From Burkholderiales bacterium (lineage in GTDB: Bacteria; Pseudomonadota; Gammaproteobacteria; Burkholderiales; SG8-41), in the NCBI GenBank assembly GCA_035620515.1, contig DASPGR010000130.1, forward strand, positions 1 through 46,832: a DNA stretch of 46,832 nucleotides, read 5' to 3'. Under the pieces are notes generated by a model. It had not been told where the DNA came from. It saw only the letters and a list, made by a program, of their open reading frames with translations, and did not search any database. Below are positions 1 through 10,852 of the stretch, piece by piece (the stretch's first letter is position 1; every line of letters starts with the position of its first letter). The translations under genes were made by a program, and so were the position numbers.

Positions 1-811
1 TGATGCGCCCGACCTTCTCGTTCGGCGTCTGGTACGTGACGCCGACGCTGAAGAGCACGCGCCGCTCCATCATGCGCTGGTAGTTCTGGATCCGGCTCTT
101 GAGGAGATCGGCGTTCGCGAAGACGATCAACTCGCCGTCGAGGCTCCTGATGCGGGTCGTCTTGATGCCGACCCGCTCGACGGTCCCGCGCAGGTTGTCG
201 ATCACGATGAAGTCCCCCACGACGAAGGGCTTGTCGAGCACGATGGAAAGCGATGCAAAGAGATCGCCCAATATGCTCTGGGTCGCGAGCGCGACGGCAA
301 TTCCTCCGACTCCCAGCCCCGCGATCAGTGCAGTAATGTCGAACCCCAGCTGGTCCAGGCCAAGCAGCACGACAAAGATCCAGAGCAGCGCGCGCGCCCC
401 GAAGCCGATAAGACTCAGTGCGGTCGCCCCGTCCGGATCGGTGGCACGGGCGCTCTCGATCTTGCGCCGGATCCAGAAGCCGATCGCCCGATTGCCCCAC
501 AGTGCGGCCTGCAGCAGCAATGCGGCGATTGCAAGGAGCGCCGTGATGCGCTCAATCCTCTGCGGAAACGCAAGCAACAGCATCGCGGCGTAGGCCGCGA
601 GGGGAACAAACAGAAGGACGCTTGTCTTCTGCAGGATGTCGGCAAGCGCGTCTCCCCACGCGACACCCGTGCGGCGCGACACCGACGAAAACAGCCGTGC
701 CGCAACATACCGGACGATCGGCACGGCGACCAGCACCGCGAAGAAAATGCCGACCGCGATCAGCCAGTCCGTGGCGTCGTTCGATTCCAGCAACTTCTGC
801 CACGCTTTCAT
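1..811 (-). CDS. MscS-family mechanosensitive channel, partial (C-terminus lies beyond the left edge)
   Basis: Own translation of the minus strand from ATG 811..809 gives MKAWQKLLESNDATDWLIAVGIFFAVLVAVPIV... with hydrophobic helices. It continues GLGVGGIAVALATQSILGDLFASLSIVLDKPFVVGDFIVIDNLRGTVERVGIKTTRIRSLDGELIVFANADLL, the MscS TM3 / beta-domain signature. It is missing from the ORF track because there is no stop codon inside the window. Confidence 0.85.
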   Translation of the reverse strand, partial: MKAWQKLLESNDATDWLIAVGIFFAVLVAVPIVRYVAARLFSSVSRRTGVAWGDALADILQKTSVLLFVPLAAYAAMLLLAFPQRIERITALLAIAALLLQAALWGNRAIGFWIRRKIESARATDPDGATALSLIGFGARALLWIFVVLLGLDQLGFDITALIAGLGVGGIAVALATQSILGDLFASLSIVLDKPFVVGDFIVIDNLRGTVERVGIKTTRIRSLDGELIVFANADLLKSRIQNYQRMMERRVLFSVGVTYQTPNEKVGRI

Positions 812-908
812 GCTGGGCCCCTACGCTTGCGTGAAATTTGCGCTCATTATCCCATTCGACCTCTGCCCGGGCCAAACGCCCTCCTGAACGGTGGCGTCCG
901 CGTGAGTC

Positions 909-3900
909 TCACTGTGCCCGCTGCGCAGTGTCGATGATCGTTCCCGACGGCGCCAGCACGGCCCACGGCAGCGTCGAGAACACCCTGACGAGCGGCAGCG
1001 CCCCATCCGCCTGCGTGGTCGAGACAGACTCCCCGGTCAGGACATTCAGCCAGTCCCCGCGCGGCGCTTCGAGCTCCGTGTCGTGCCAGACTGCATCGCC
1101 GACCGCAGCAAGTCCGGTCGACGCAAGGCGCGCGAACCAGCGCGGCGCGATCACGACGAGCTGCAGGTCACCCTGCCGCCGCACGAAGGCGCAGACGTTG
1201 TTCGCGCGCGGGCCGCGCGCCCGCAGCGGGGCGTACTCGCCCTCACGGAACACGGCATCGAAGCGCCGGCGCAGTTGCAGCAGACGCCATGTGACATAGA
1301 GCTTCAGGCGGCCGTCGCCCGCCGTCCCGAAGAGCTCCGCAGCGTACGATCGGAGTACCTCGGGACCGTGCGCGGCCGCGCGCTGCATCTCCGCGAGCCA
1401 CGCAACGCGGCGCCCATAGTCGACCGGCCGCCGGTTATCCGGGTCAACCAGGCTGAAATCCCACGATTCATTGCCCTGGTAGAAATCGGGCACGCCGGGT
1501 GCCGTCGTCTTCAGCACGACCTGGGAGACGCTGTTCATGAGACCGATGCGCGCGATCTTGCGCTGGAACGGCAGGAACTCGTCGAGGAAAGCATTGCCCG
1601 ATCCTGGCGCGAGCAGCGCATCGACGAAGCCGAGCGTCGCCTCCTCGTACGCCGCATTCGGATTCATCCACGAGGTGAGCACCTTCGCCTCGCGCACGGC
1701 CTTGAGCATCGTTTCCCGTATGCGTTCGCGGAACGCGCTGAGGCCGGCCTCGTCGAGCTCGCCAAGCGGCCAGGCGCCGACCAGGCACTGGTAGAGAAAG
1801 TACTCGTCGTTGGGGCTCGGCGCGCGCTCCGCGCCCGCTCTCCCCTTCTTTTCCCGGCTGATGCGGTTCCAGCGAATGACGTTGGCCCGCCACTCTTCCG
1901 GGATTTCCGAGAGAACGTTCAATCGCGCGCGGACGTCTTCCGAGCGCTTGTTGTCGTGCGTGGAGGTCGCGAGCATCGCATGCGGCCAGTTCTTCTGGCG
2001 CTCGCGGTTCGCACGGTGAAAGGTCGTTAGCGTGACGCCGAAGCGGCGCGGGTCCCCGCCGACCTCGTTCAGGGAGATGAGGCGGTTGTAGATGTAGAAC
2101 GTCGTGTCCTCCATGCCCTTGGCGGTCACGGGCGCGGTGTACTGCTGCAGTTTCATGGCGAAGGTGAGGACCTGCCTGCGGAAGGCCTCGGTCTTGCCGT
2201 CCGCGATCGAAGTGAGCATTGCTTCGCGCACGAAGCCGAAGACACTCACGTCGCCGGCGGTGCTTCTGCGCTTCGCCGCTTCGACCGCCAGCTGCACGTG
2301 GCGGCGGTCGTCCTCCGTGACGCGGCCCGGAGCGAGATACGTTCGATACACGGGAAAGCACGCGACGACCTCGAAGAGCGCGTTGCGGAGATTGTTGAGC
2401 GTGAAGTCCCGCGTGTGGTGGTCGGCCTCCGCAATGCGGGCGAGCGCGTTGGCGAGCACGTTCAACTCGCCTGCGAGCGCGGTGCGCATGATGATGCGCT
2501 TCGAGCGGTAGAGAATTTCATCAGCCGGCAGCGGGTCACGCGTGAAGATCCGGTAGAAGCGCTCGAGCCGCGCTCCGGCCGCCGCATCGAGGAAGAGGCC
2601 ATTCAGGAGATTCATGAAGTCGTAGCCCGTTGTGCCGTGCACCGGCCACTCGGACGGCAGCCGCTCCTCGGCCTCGAGGATTTTCTCCACAACGACATAA
2701 GTCGAACGGTAAGGCGCGGATTCCGCCGGCAGGTCGGTCGGAACCTGCGCGCGCCGGTATTGCAGGCGATGGAAGTATTGCAACGGGTCGAACAATCCAT
2801 CCGGGTGGTCGATCCGCAATCCGTCCACCTTGCCCTCGGAGAGCAGCCGCAGGACCAGCGCATGCGTGAAATCGAAAACCTCCGGGTTCTCCATTCGCAG
2901 CGCCGCGAGATCATTGATATCGAAGAACCGCCGGTAGTTGATCTCCGCGGACGCAACGCGCCAGAAGGCGAGGCGGTAGGCCTGGGCCTCGAGCAGCGCA
3001 TGCAGCTCTGCGAAGGACAGGGAATCGCCGGGGATGCCGTTCACCTCCTTGACGGCCTGACCGACGAACCACGCGATGTCCGGCGAGCGCGCGACGAGTC
3101 CCGCAAGGTGGCGCTTGTGCACCTCCTTGTCGCGCCGTCGCTCGGCGAGCTTCTCCGGCTGCACCGCCGTGCGCGGCGGGAGGTTCTGAAAAGCGGTGAT
3201 GAGACTCTTGAACTCGAGCACGTCGGGATGCTCGGCGCCGAGCCGTGCGTCGAGGCGCTCCGGCGCGCGCCCGAGGATGCGCCGGTACTGGCGCGGGTTC
3301 ACCGGAAACCGGTGCTCGAAATACCAGACGCTGAACTCCCCGCGCTCGGCGTCGAATACGAGCTTCAGCTCCCCGCGCTCGAGCACCCTTCCATACGGCT
3401 CCGCCAGCGCCGGCACGACGACCTTGCCCTCGATGCCTTCCTTCGCGGGATTCCACTCGATGTCGAATACCTCGGCATGCACGGAGGCCGGGCCGTTCTC
3501 CAGCACGTCGAGCCAGTAGCCGTTGTCCGCCCCCATGACGCCCATGTGGTTGGGGACCATGTCGAGCACCTGCCCCATGCCGTGGCGCTTGAGGGCCGCC
3601 ACGAACCGGTCGAAATCTTCTTCGGAGCCGATCTCCGGATTGAGCGCACCATGATCGATGATGTCGTAGCCGTGCAGGCTTCCCGGCCGCGCCTTGAGAT
3701 AAGGCGAGCAGTAGACGTGCGAGACGCCGAGCGCCGCGAGATACGGTACCAGCTCGGTCGCGCGCGCGAACGTGAAGTCCCGGTTGAACTGCAGCCGGTA
3801 GGTCGCGCGCGGAATGATCGGCGCGGCGTCGGGCAGCGCGGCCGCTGCCGCCGCGAACGCGCGCGCGCCAATGCCGCGTTCGGCCTTCATCGCCTCGGCA

Positions 3901-6068
3901 AGCGCCTTGACGCGGTCGTCGGCCCCCCACTCCTCCAGGTTGAGGGCGAGCTTGCGCTGCCAGTTCGGATACTGATCGCTCGTCGCCGGCAGATTCACCT
4001 GCTCGAGCTGCCCGAATACATCCTCCATCTGCACCATCATCAGCTGCGCCCGGCTGCGCGCGATGAAGCTGTGGATGGCGAGCGTGAATTCGGGCGTCAT
4101 GTCCGGCGTGGACACCGGGTGGACTGACATCCCCGGCGGCAGGAGCCCCCCGCGCTCGAGCGCGATCAGGAGCCGCGCGCGGTCCTGGGAACGCTCCATC
4201 ACCTGTTGCGCCCGCTGCCCCTCGGAGGGATAGAGATTCAACTGCGCGCGGACATCGAGATCGTGGCCGCGCCAGAAGCTCTTCAGCGTGGGAAGGTCAT
4301 GCGTGCTCGCGGCAGCGAGCGCCTGCTTGGGATACGCCGCCGGTGCCTTGAAACTGCCGTCCGCCTGCTTCTCGAAGAGCAGGAGTCGATAGGACAGCAC
4401 GCCGGCCGCCTCCAGGTTCTCGCCGAGGCCTTCGGGAAGGGTTCCCAGGTCCTCGCCGATCACCATGCAACGGTTGCGCTGGCTCTCGAGGGCGACGATG
4501 CCGAGAAGATCGTGAAGCGGATAGGTGACGTACGCGCCCTCTTCCGGTGACGCATCCGGCGGCACCCAGAAAAGGCGCGTCAGGCCCATCACGTGATCGA
4601 TCCGGAGCGCACCCGAGTGCCGCATGTTCGCGCGCAGCGTTGCGATGAAGGGCGCGTAGCCGGCTTCGGTGAGCCGCTCGGGAATGACCGGCGGCAGGCC
4701 CCAGTTCTGGCCGTGCAGGTTGAAATCGTCAGGCGGCGAGCCGACGCTGGCGGTCTCCGCATAGAGCTCCTGCCAGGCCCAGGCTTCGGCCCCGGCGCGG
4801 TCCACGGAGACAGCGAGGTCCTGGTAGAGACCGACCGTCAGCCCCAGCTCGAGGGCGCGCTGCCCGCACGCCGCGAGCTGCTCGTCAGCCAGCCACTGCA
4901 GCCAGGCGTAGAACTCCACCCCATCTCGATTTGCCTCGAGATAGCTGCGCACCTCGGGCGAGTCCGGCCTGCGGTAGGCCTCGGGCCACACGGACCAGCC
5001 CCAGATGCCCGCATCCTCCGCGTGAAACTTCTCCTGCAGCGCGTGGTAGAGCGCGAAACGCGTGAGCGTCTCGCCGCCCTCGAGGATAAAACGCGTGTAC
5101 GCGCTTCCCCGGTCGGTCCCGGCGGCGACGTCGCGCTCGCGGAACTCGCGGTATACGGCGCGCAGCACCCCGAGCTTTGCCCCGGCCAACCCGGGGTAAT
5201 CGACGAGCTCCGCGCTGCGCAATGCGCGCAGTCGCGCCTGGAACTGCGGGTCCGCGGTTCTCTCGCGCGCCGCCCGGCACGCGGCAAATTCGGGAACCGC
5301 TTCCACATCGATGTAAAGAGGATTCAGGTAGACGCGGCTCGAGGGGCTGTAGGGGCTGATGTGGCTCGGGTTGTGGGGAAAGAGCGCGTGCAGCGGGTTC
5401 AAACCGACAACGCCGGCGCCGAGACGCGCCATGATGTCAACGGCATTGCGCAGGTCGGTGAAATCGCCGATGCCCCAGTTGTGCCCGCTGCGCACGGCAT
5501 AGAGCTGCAGCGCCGGGCCCCACACGCGGCCGCCGGCGTCGAGGCCGGGCGACGTGTAGCATCGACGCGGCACGACGATCAACGTCATGGCCGCGGCGTC
5601 GCTCGCGTCGGGCGGACCCAGGATGAAGCGGTGATAACCGGGTGGCAGCGCATCGCGCCACTGGAAATCGAATCTGATGAACGTGGTCCCGCCGATTTCC
5701 CGGCGGCCCGTTTCGGCCAGCTCCACGGCTCGAAGCTCCCCGCGACGTGTCTCGCCGCTTTCCAGCGCCAACGTCCATGTGAGCGCCTTGCCCGCAGTGC
5801 GTTCATCGAGGCAGATTTCCCAGCGGCAGGGCAATTCATCCTCGCGGAGAACGCAAACAGCGGGGATCCTGCGCCGCCAGGCACCCTCTTCGCGCGAGCG
5901 CAAGGCTTGCGCGACCTCGCTCTCGTCAGCGATCACTCCCATCGCCTTCAGCAGCGCGATGCGGGTCTCATCGGATGTCTCGTGGTCGCGGCCCCAGATA
6001 TCCCGGAAGCCGGCTGCGATACCGACGTGCTCGCACAGGCGATGCAGAGCGTCGCGCGGCACTGTCAT
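909..6068 (-). CDS. malQ/treY: Single polypeptide (1719 aa): 4-alpha-glucanotransferase MalQ (GH77, approx 3880-6068) fused to maltooligosyltrehalose synthase TreY (GH13, approx 909-3812)
   Basis: The ORF spans 909..6302, but its first 78 aa are Arg/Pro-rich and overlap treZ. I set the start at ATG 6068 (MTVPRDALHRLCEHVGI), 1 nt after the treZ stop codon. The N-half carries amylomaltase motifs (GIGDFTDL, SPYSPSSR, GALRIDHVMG, IGEDLGT, STHDLPT). After an Ala-rich linker (AFAAAAAALPDAAP) the C-half starts RATYRLQFNRDFTF and carries LGVSHVYCSPYL, DMVPNHMG and GLRIDHPDGL, which are TreY motifs. Confidence 0.9.
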   Translation of the reverse strand: MTVPRDALHRLCEHVGIAAGFRDIWGRDHETSDETRIALLKAMGVIADESEVAQALRSREEGAWRRRIPAVCVLREDELPCRWEICLDERTAGKALTWTLALESGETRRGELRAVELAETGRREIGGTTFIRFDFQWRDALPPGYHRFILGPPDASDAAAMTLIVVPRRCYTSPGLDAGGRVWGPALQLYAVRSGHNWGIGDFTDLRNAVDIMARLGAGVVGLNPLHALFPHNPSHISPYSPSSRVYLNPLYIDVEAVPEFAACRAARERTADPQFQARLRALRSAELVDYPGLAGAKLGVLRAVYREFRERDVAAGTDRGSAYTRFILEGGETLTRFALYHALQEKFHAEDAGIWGWSVWPEAYRRPDSPEVRSYLEANRDGVEFYAWLQWLADEQLAACGQRALELGLTVGLYQDLAVSVDRAGAEAWAWQELYAETASVGSPPDDFNLHGQNWGLPPVIPERLTEAGYAPFIATLRANMRHSGALRIDHVMGLTRLFWVPPDASPEEGAYVTYPLHDLLGIVALESQRNRCMVIGEDLGTLPEGLGENLEAAGVLSYRLLLFEKQADGSFKAPAAYPKQALAAASTHDLPTLKSFWRGHDLDVRAQLNLYPSEGQRAQQVMERSQDRARLLIALERGGLLPPGMSVHPVSTPDMTPEFTLAIHSFIARSRAQLMMVQMEDVFGQLEQVNLPATSDQYPNWQRKLALNLEEWGADDRVKALAEAMKAERGIGARAFAAAAAALPDAAPIIPRATYRLQFNRDFTFARATELVPYLAALGVSHVYCSPYLKARPGSLHGYDIIDHGALNPEIGSEEDFDRFVAALKRHGMGQVLDMVPNHMGVMGADNGYWLDVLENGPASVHAEVFDIEWNPAKEGIEGKVVVPALAEPYGRVLERGELKLVFDAERGEFSVWYFEHRFPVNPRQYRRILGRAPERLDARLGAEHPDVLEFKSLITAFQNLPPRTAVQPEKLAERRRDKEVHKRHLAGLVARSPDIAWFVGQAVKEVNGIPGDSLSFAELHALLEAQAYRLAFWRVASAEINYRRFFDINDLAALRMENPEVFDFTHALVLRLLSEGKVDGLRIDHPDGLFDPLQYFHRLQYRRAQVPTDLPAESAPYRSTYVVVEKILEAEERLPSEWPVHGTTGYDFMNLLNGLFLDAAAGARLERFYRIFTRDPLPADEILYRSKRIIMRTALAGELNVLANALARIAEADHHTRDFTLNNLRNALFEVVACFPVYRTYLAPGRVTEDDRRHVQLAVEAAKRRSTAGDVSVFGFVREAMLTSIADGKTEAFRRQVLTFAMKLQQYTAPVTAKGMEDTTFYIYNRLISLNEVGGDPRRFGVTLTTFHRANRERQKNWPHAMLATSTHDNKRSEDVRARLNVLSEIPEEWRANVIRWNRISREKKGRAGAERAPSPNDEYFLYQCLVGAWPLGELDEAGLSAFRERIRETMLKAVREAKVLTSWMNPNAAYEEATLGFVDALLAPGSGNAFLDEFLPFQRKIARIGLMNSVSQVVLKTTAPGVPDFYQGNESWDFSLVDPDNRRPVDYGRRVAWLAEMQRAAAHGPEVLRSYAAELFGTAGDGRLKLYVTWRLLQLRRRFDAVFREGEYAPLRARGPRANNVCAFVRRQGDLQLVVIAPRWFARLASTGLAAVGDAVWHDTELEAPRGDWLNVLTGESVSTTQADGALPLVRVFSTLPWAVLAPSGTIIDTAQRAQ

Positions 6069-6069
6069 C

Positions 6070-7901
6070 TCACGCACCTTTCTCCGCGAGAAAGCAGGCC
6101 GCCGTGAAGGGAGGAAGCTGCCCCGAAGCGAGCGCGCCCGCGCTCCCGGATGGCTCGCAGCGCAGCAATGTTCCCTGGGGTCGCTCGCGCACCGGCGCCG
6201 GCGTGGTGGAAAGGTTGAGATACAGCGAAAGCCGGCTGCCGTTTCCAAGGTGCCAGGAGGCGGTGAGCGCGCCTTCGGAAAGCACGTCGAAGCGTCCTGC
6301 ATTTCCGCCCATGCCCCGCAGTCGCGGCGCGATCTTTTCGCGCCGCAGGGCCAGCAACTCGCGATAGAGCTTCAGCCAGCGCGCATGCGGTTCCCGCCCG
6401 GTGCAAGTCCAGTCGAGCCCGCTTCGGGCAAAGGTGTCGGGCGCGTTGGGATCCGGTATTGCGGCCTGGGCTGCCGGATCGCTGAAACGCGCGAACCGTG
6501 AGAACTCCCGGCGCCGGCCCGCCGTCACCGCGGCGGCGAGCTCCGGGCCGAAGTCGCAGAAAAAGAGGAACGGGGTCGTTGCGCCGAACTCCTCGCCCAT
6601 GAAAAGCAGGGGCGGCGCCGGCGCGAGCAGCCAGACAACGGTTGCCGCGCGCAGCGGCGCCTCCTCAGCCAGCGTCGACAGGCGCTCGCCGAACGCCCGG
6701 TTGCCCACCTGATCGTGGGTCTGAAGAAACGACACGAATGCCGCCGGCGGCAGATGCGCGCTCGGCTCGCCCCGCGCGGAGCCGTCGCGATATTCCGAGA
6801 GATCGCCCTGCTGCGAGAATCCCTCGGCGAGGCTCCGGCCGAGGCACCATGCGGGCCGCTTTGCGTAGTCCGCGTAATACCCATCTGCCTCACCGGTCAA
6901 GAGAACGTGGAACGCATGATGAATGTCGTCATTCCACTGCGCGGTATGCCAGCGCGGCCGGTTGTCTTCCGTGCGGCCGAGATAGCGCGACTGGTTCCTG
7001 TCGTTCTCGAGGACGAGGTGCACCTCACGGGACGCGCCGGGGCCGGCGCGCACGCACTCGGCGAGCTCCATCATGATGTCCGGCATCGAGTCATCCGCGA
7101 TCGCGTGCACCGCGTCGAACCGCAGCCCGTCGAGCTGGTACTCCTCGAGCCAGTAGAGCGCGTTGTGGATGAAGAAATCCCGCACCGTGCGGCTGCCTCT
7201 ATCGTCGAAATTGATGGCGGCACCCCACGGCGTCTCGTGGCGCTCGGTGAAGAAGTGCTTCGCGTAGGCGTGCAGATAGTTTCCGTCCGGGCCAAAGTGG
7301 TTGTAGACGACGTCAAGCAAGACCATCAGCCGGCGCGCGTGCGCTTGCGCCACGAGCCGCTTGAAATCCTCGGGCCGCCCGTAAGCCGCATCCGGCGCGA
7401 ACGGCAGCACGCCGTCATAGCCCCAGCCGCGCCTTCCCGGGAAATCGGCGACCGGCATCAGCTCGATCGCCGTGACTCCGAGCCCGGCAAGATAATCGAG
7501 GCGTGCTTCCACGCCTGCGAACGTGCCTTCGGGCGAAAACGTGCCGACATGAAGCTCGTAGAGGACGGCCTCTTCCCACGGGCGCCCGCGCCAGCCATCC
7601 TCCGGCCATTCGAACGCTTCGGGCGCCAACACTTCGCTCGCCGCGTGCACATCGTCCGGATTGAAGCGCGAGGCGGGATCGGGCACCTCCAGAGCGCTGT
7701 CGATGCGGTAGCGGTAACGCGTTCCGGCCGGTGCCTCCACCGTGAGCTCGCGCCAGCCGTCACCGGCGTCCGGCATCGGGAAGGTCCCGCCACCGTCCGT
7801 GAGCACCAGATCAACGCTGCGCGCCGTAGGTGCCCACAAATGGAAGCGCGTTCGGTTGCCGCCGGCCGGTTCCGCGCCGAACGGCATCCGGTGCATGCGT
7901 C

Positions 7902-7905
<4 letters not shown>
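6070..7905 (-). CDS. treZ: Maltooligosyltrehalose trehalohydrolase (GH13)
   Basis: 611 aa with FHLWAPTARSVDLVL, YELHVGTFSPEGTF, GVTAIELMPV, LDVVYNHFGPDGNY and GLRFDAVHAI. ATG 7905 overlaps the glgX stop (ATGA). An alternative start is MPFGAEP at 7887. Confidence 0.9.
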
Positions 7906-10034
<2,129 letters not shown>

Positions 10035-10100
10035 GCCTCCCTTGGGTCATGCCGAGCCACGCTCGGAAATGGTATTGCCGCCCCGGCGCGCGAGAAGGCG

Positions 10101-10781
10101 TCATTCGTCCTTCTTGTCGTCGCGCGGGAACCACCGCTCGAGGAAGCCGGCGGCCCAGCGCTGTCCTCCGATCCCGAATGCGAGCGCAAGCGCAAACACG
10201 ACTCCGGCCAGAATGATGAGGAAGCTCTGGCGGATGATGTCACCGCCGACGTTCATCTGGTCAAGCGCGATCAGCACGACGAACACGACGATCGCATACT
10301 GCGAGAGCTTGCCGAGCAGCTCGGCATCCTGCATGCCGACGTTGCTGCAGTAGGCGACGACGGAATTGTAGATGAAGCGCGCGAAGTAGGCGCCGAACGC
10401 GAGGATCAGCAGCGCCACGATCACCTTCGGCACGAACCGGACGACCTGGCCGAAGAGATCCGTGATGTAGGTAAGCCCCAGGCTGTTGAAGGCGATCACC
10501 AGCGTCGCAAAGATCACGAGCCAGTAGATCAACGCGCCGAGTATGTCGGTGGTATCGCTCTCGATGCCGCCCTGCTTGAGGAACCCGTCCATTCCGGCGC
10601 GATCGGTCAACACGTTGAAGTTGACCGCGCGCAGCGCTTTTACGACGGCGAAACGGATGATCTTCGCCGCAAGCCATCCCGCGATGAGCACGGCGACCGC
10701 GACGGCGAGGCGCGGCAGAAACACCCCCACCTGGGTGAGGAACACCTTGAGCGGCTCAAGAAGCATATCCATTTTTTCCAT
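10101..10781 (-). CDS. Small polytopic membrane protein of the 'conserved TM helix' type (the module usually found N-terminal to MscS domains); no MscS beta-domain
   Basis: ATG 10781 has AGGAGGAGG 5 nt upstream. The ORF-track start GTG 10787 is less likely. The 226-aa product has repeated hydrophobic helix plus amphipathic units (LAVAVAVLIAGWLAAKIIRFAVVKALRAVNFN..., ILGALIYWLVIFATLVIAFNSLGL..., VIVALLILAFGAYFARFIYN..., YAIVVFVVLIALDQMNVGG..., FLIILAGVVFALALAFGIGG). The family assignment is from memory of Pfam PF05552. Confidence 0.7.
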   Translation of the reverse strand: MEKMDMLLEPLKVFLTQVGVFLPRLAVAVAVLIAGWLAAKIIRFAVVKALRAVNFNVLTDRAGMDGFLKQGGIESDTTDILGALIYWLVIFATLVIAFNSLGLTYITDLFGQVVRFVPKVIVALLILAFGAYFARFIYNSVVAYCSNVGMQDAELLGKLSQYAIVVFVVLIALDQMNVGGDIIRQSFLIILAGVVFALALAFGIGGQRWAAGFLERWFPRDDKKDE

Positions 10782-10852
10782 GCGCACCTCCTCCTGTAGA
10801 AGCTCTGGTCAGAACCCGAAACGCAACCGCGGCACCCCTGCAAAAAGAAATC

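Noticed and set aside
99-875. ORFs 99-593 (+), 415-708 (-) and 552-875 (-) at the left edge
   Set aside because: The real gene is the MscS-family frame on the minus strand, which the track omits because it has no in-window stop. The listed ORFs are other frames and have junk composition.
6069-6302. N-terminal extensions of track ORFs (6302, 16323, 19892, 23280, 33855, 37984, 42365, 45537)
   Set aside because: The extensions overlap the upstream gene, are Arg/Pro-rich, and end at an internal ATG or GTG that matches the family-typical N-terminus. That internal start often has a Shine-Dalgarno or an ATGA/GTGA overlap.
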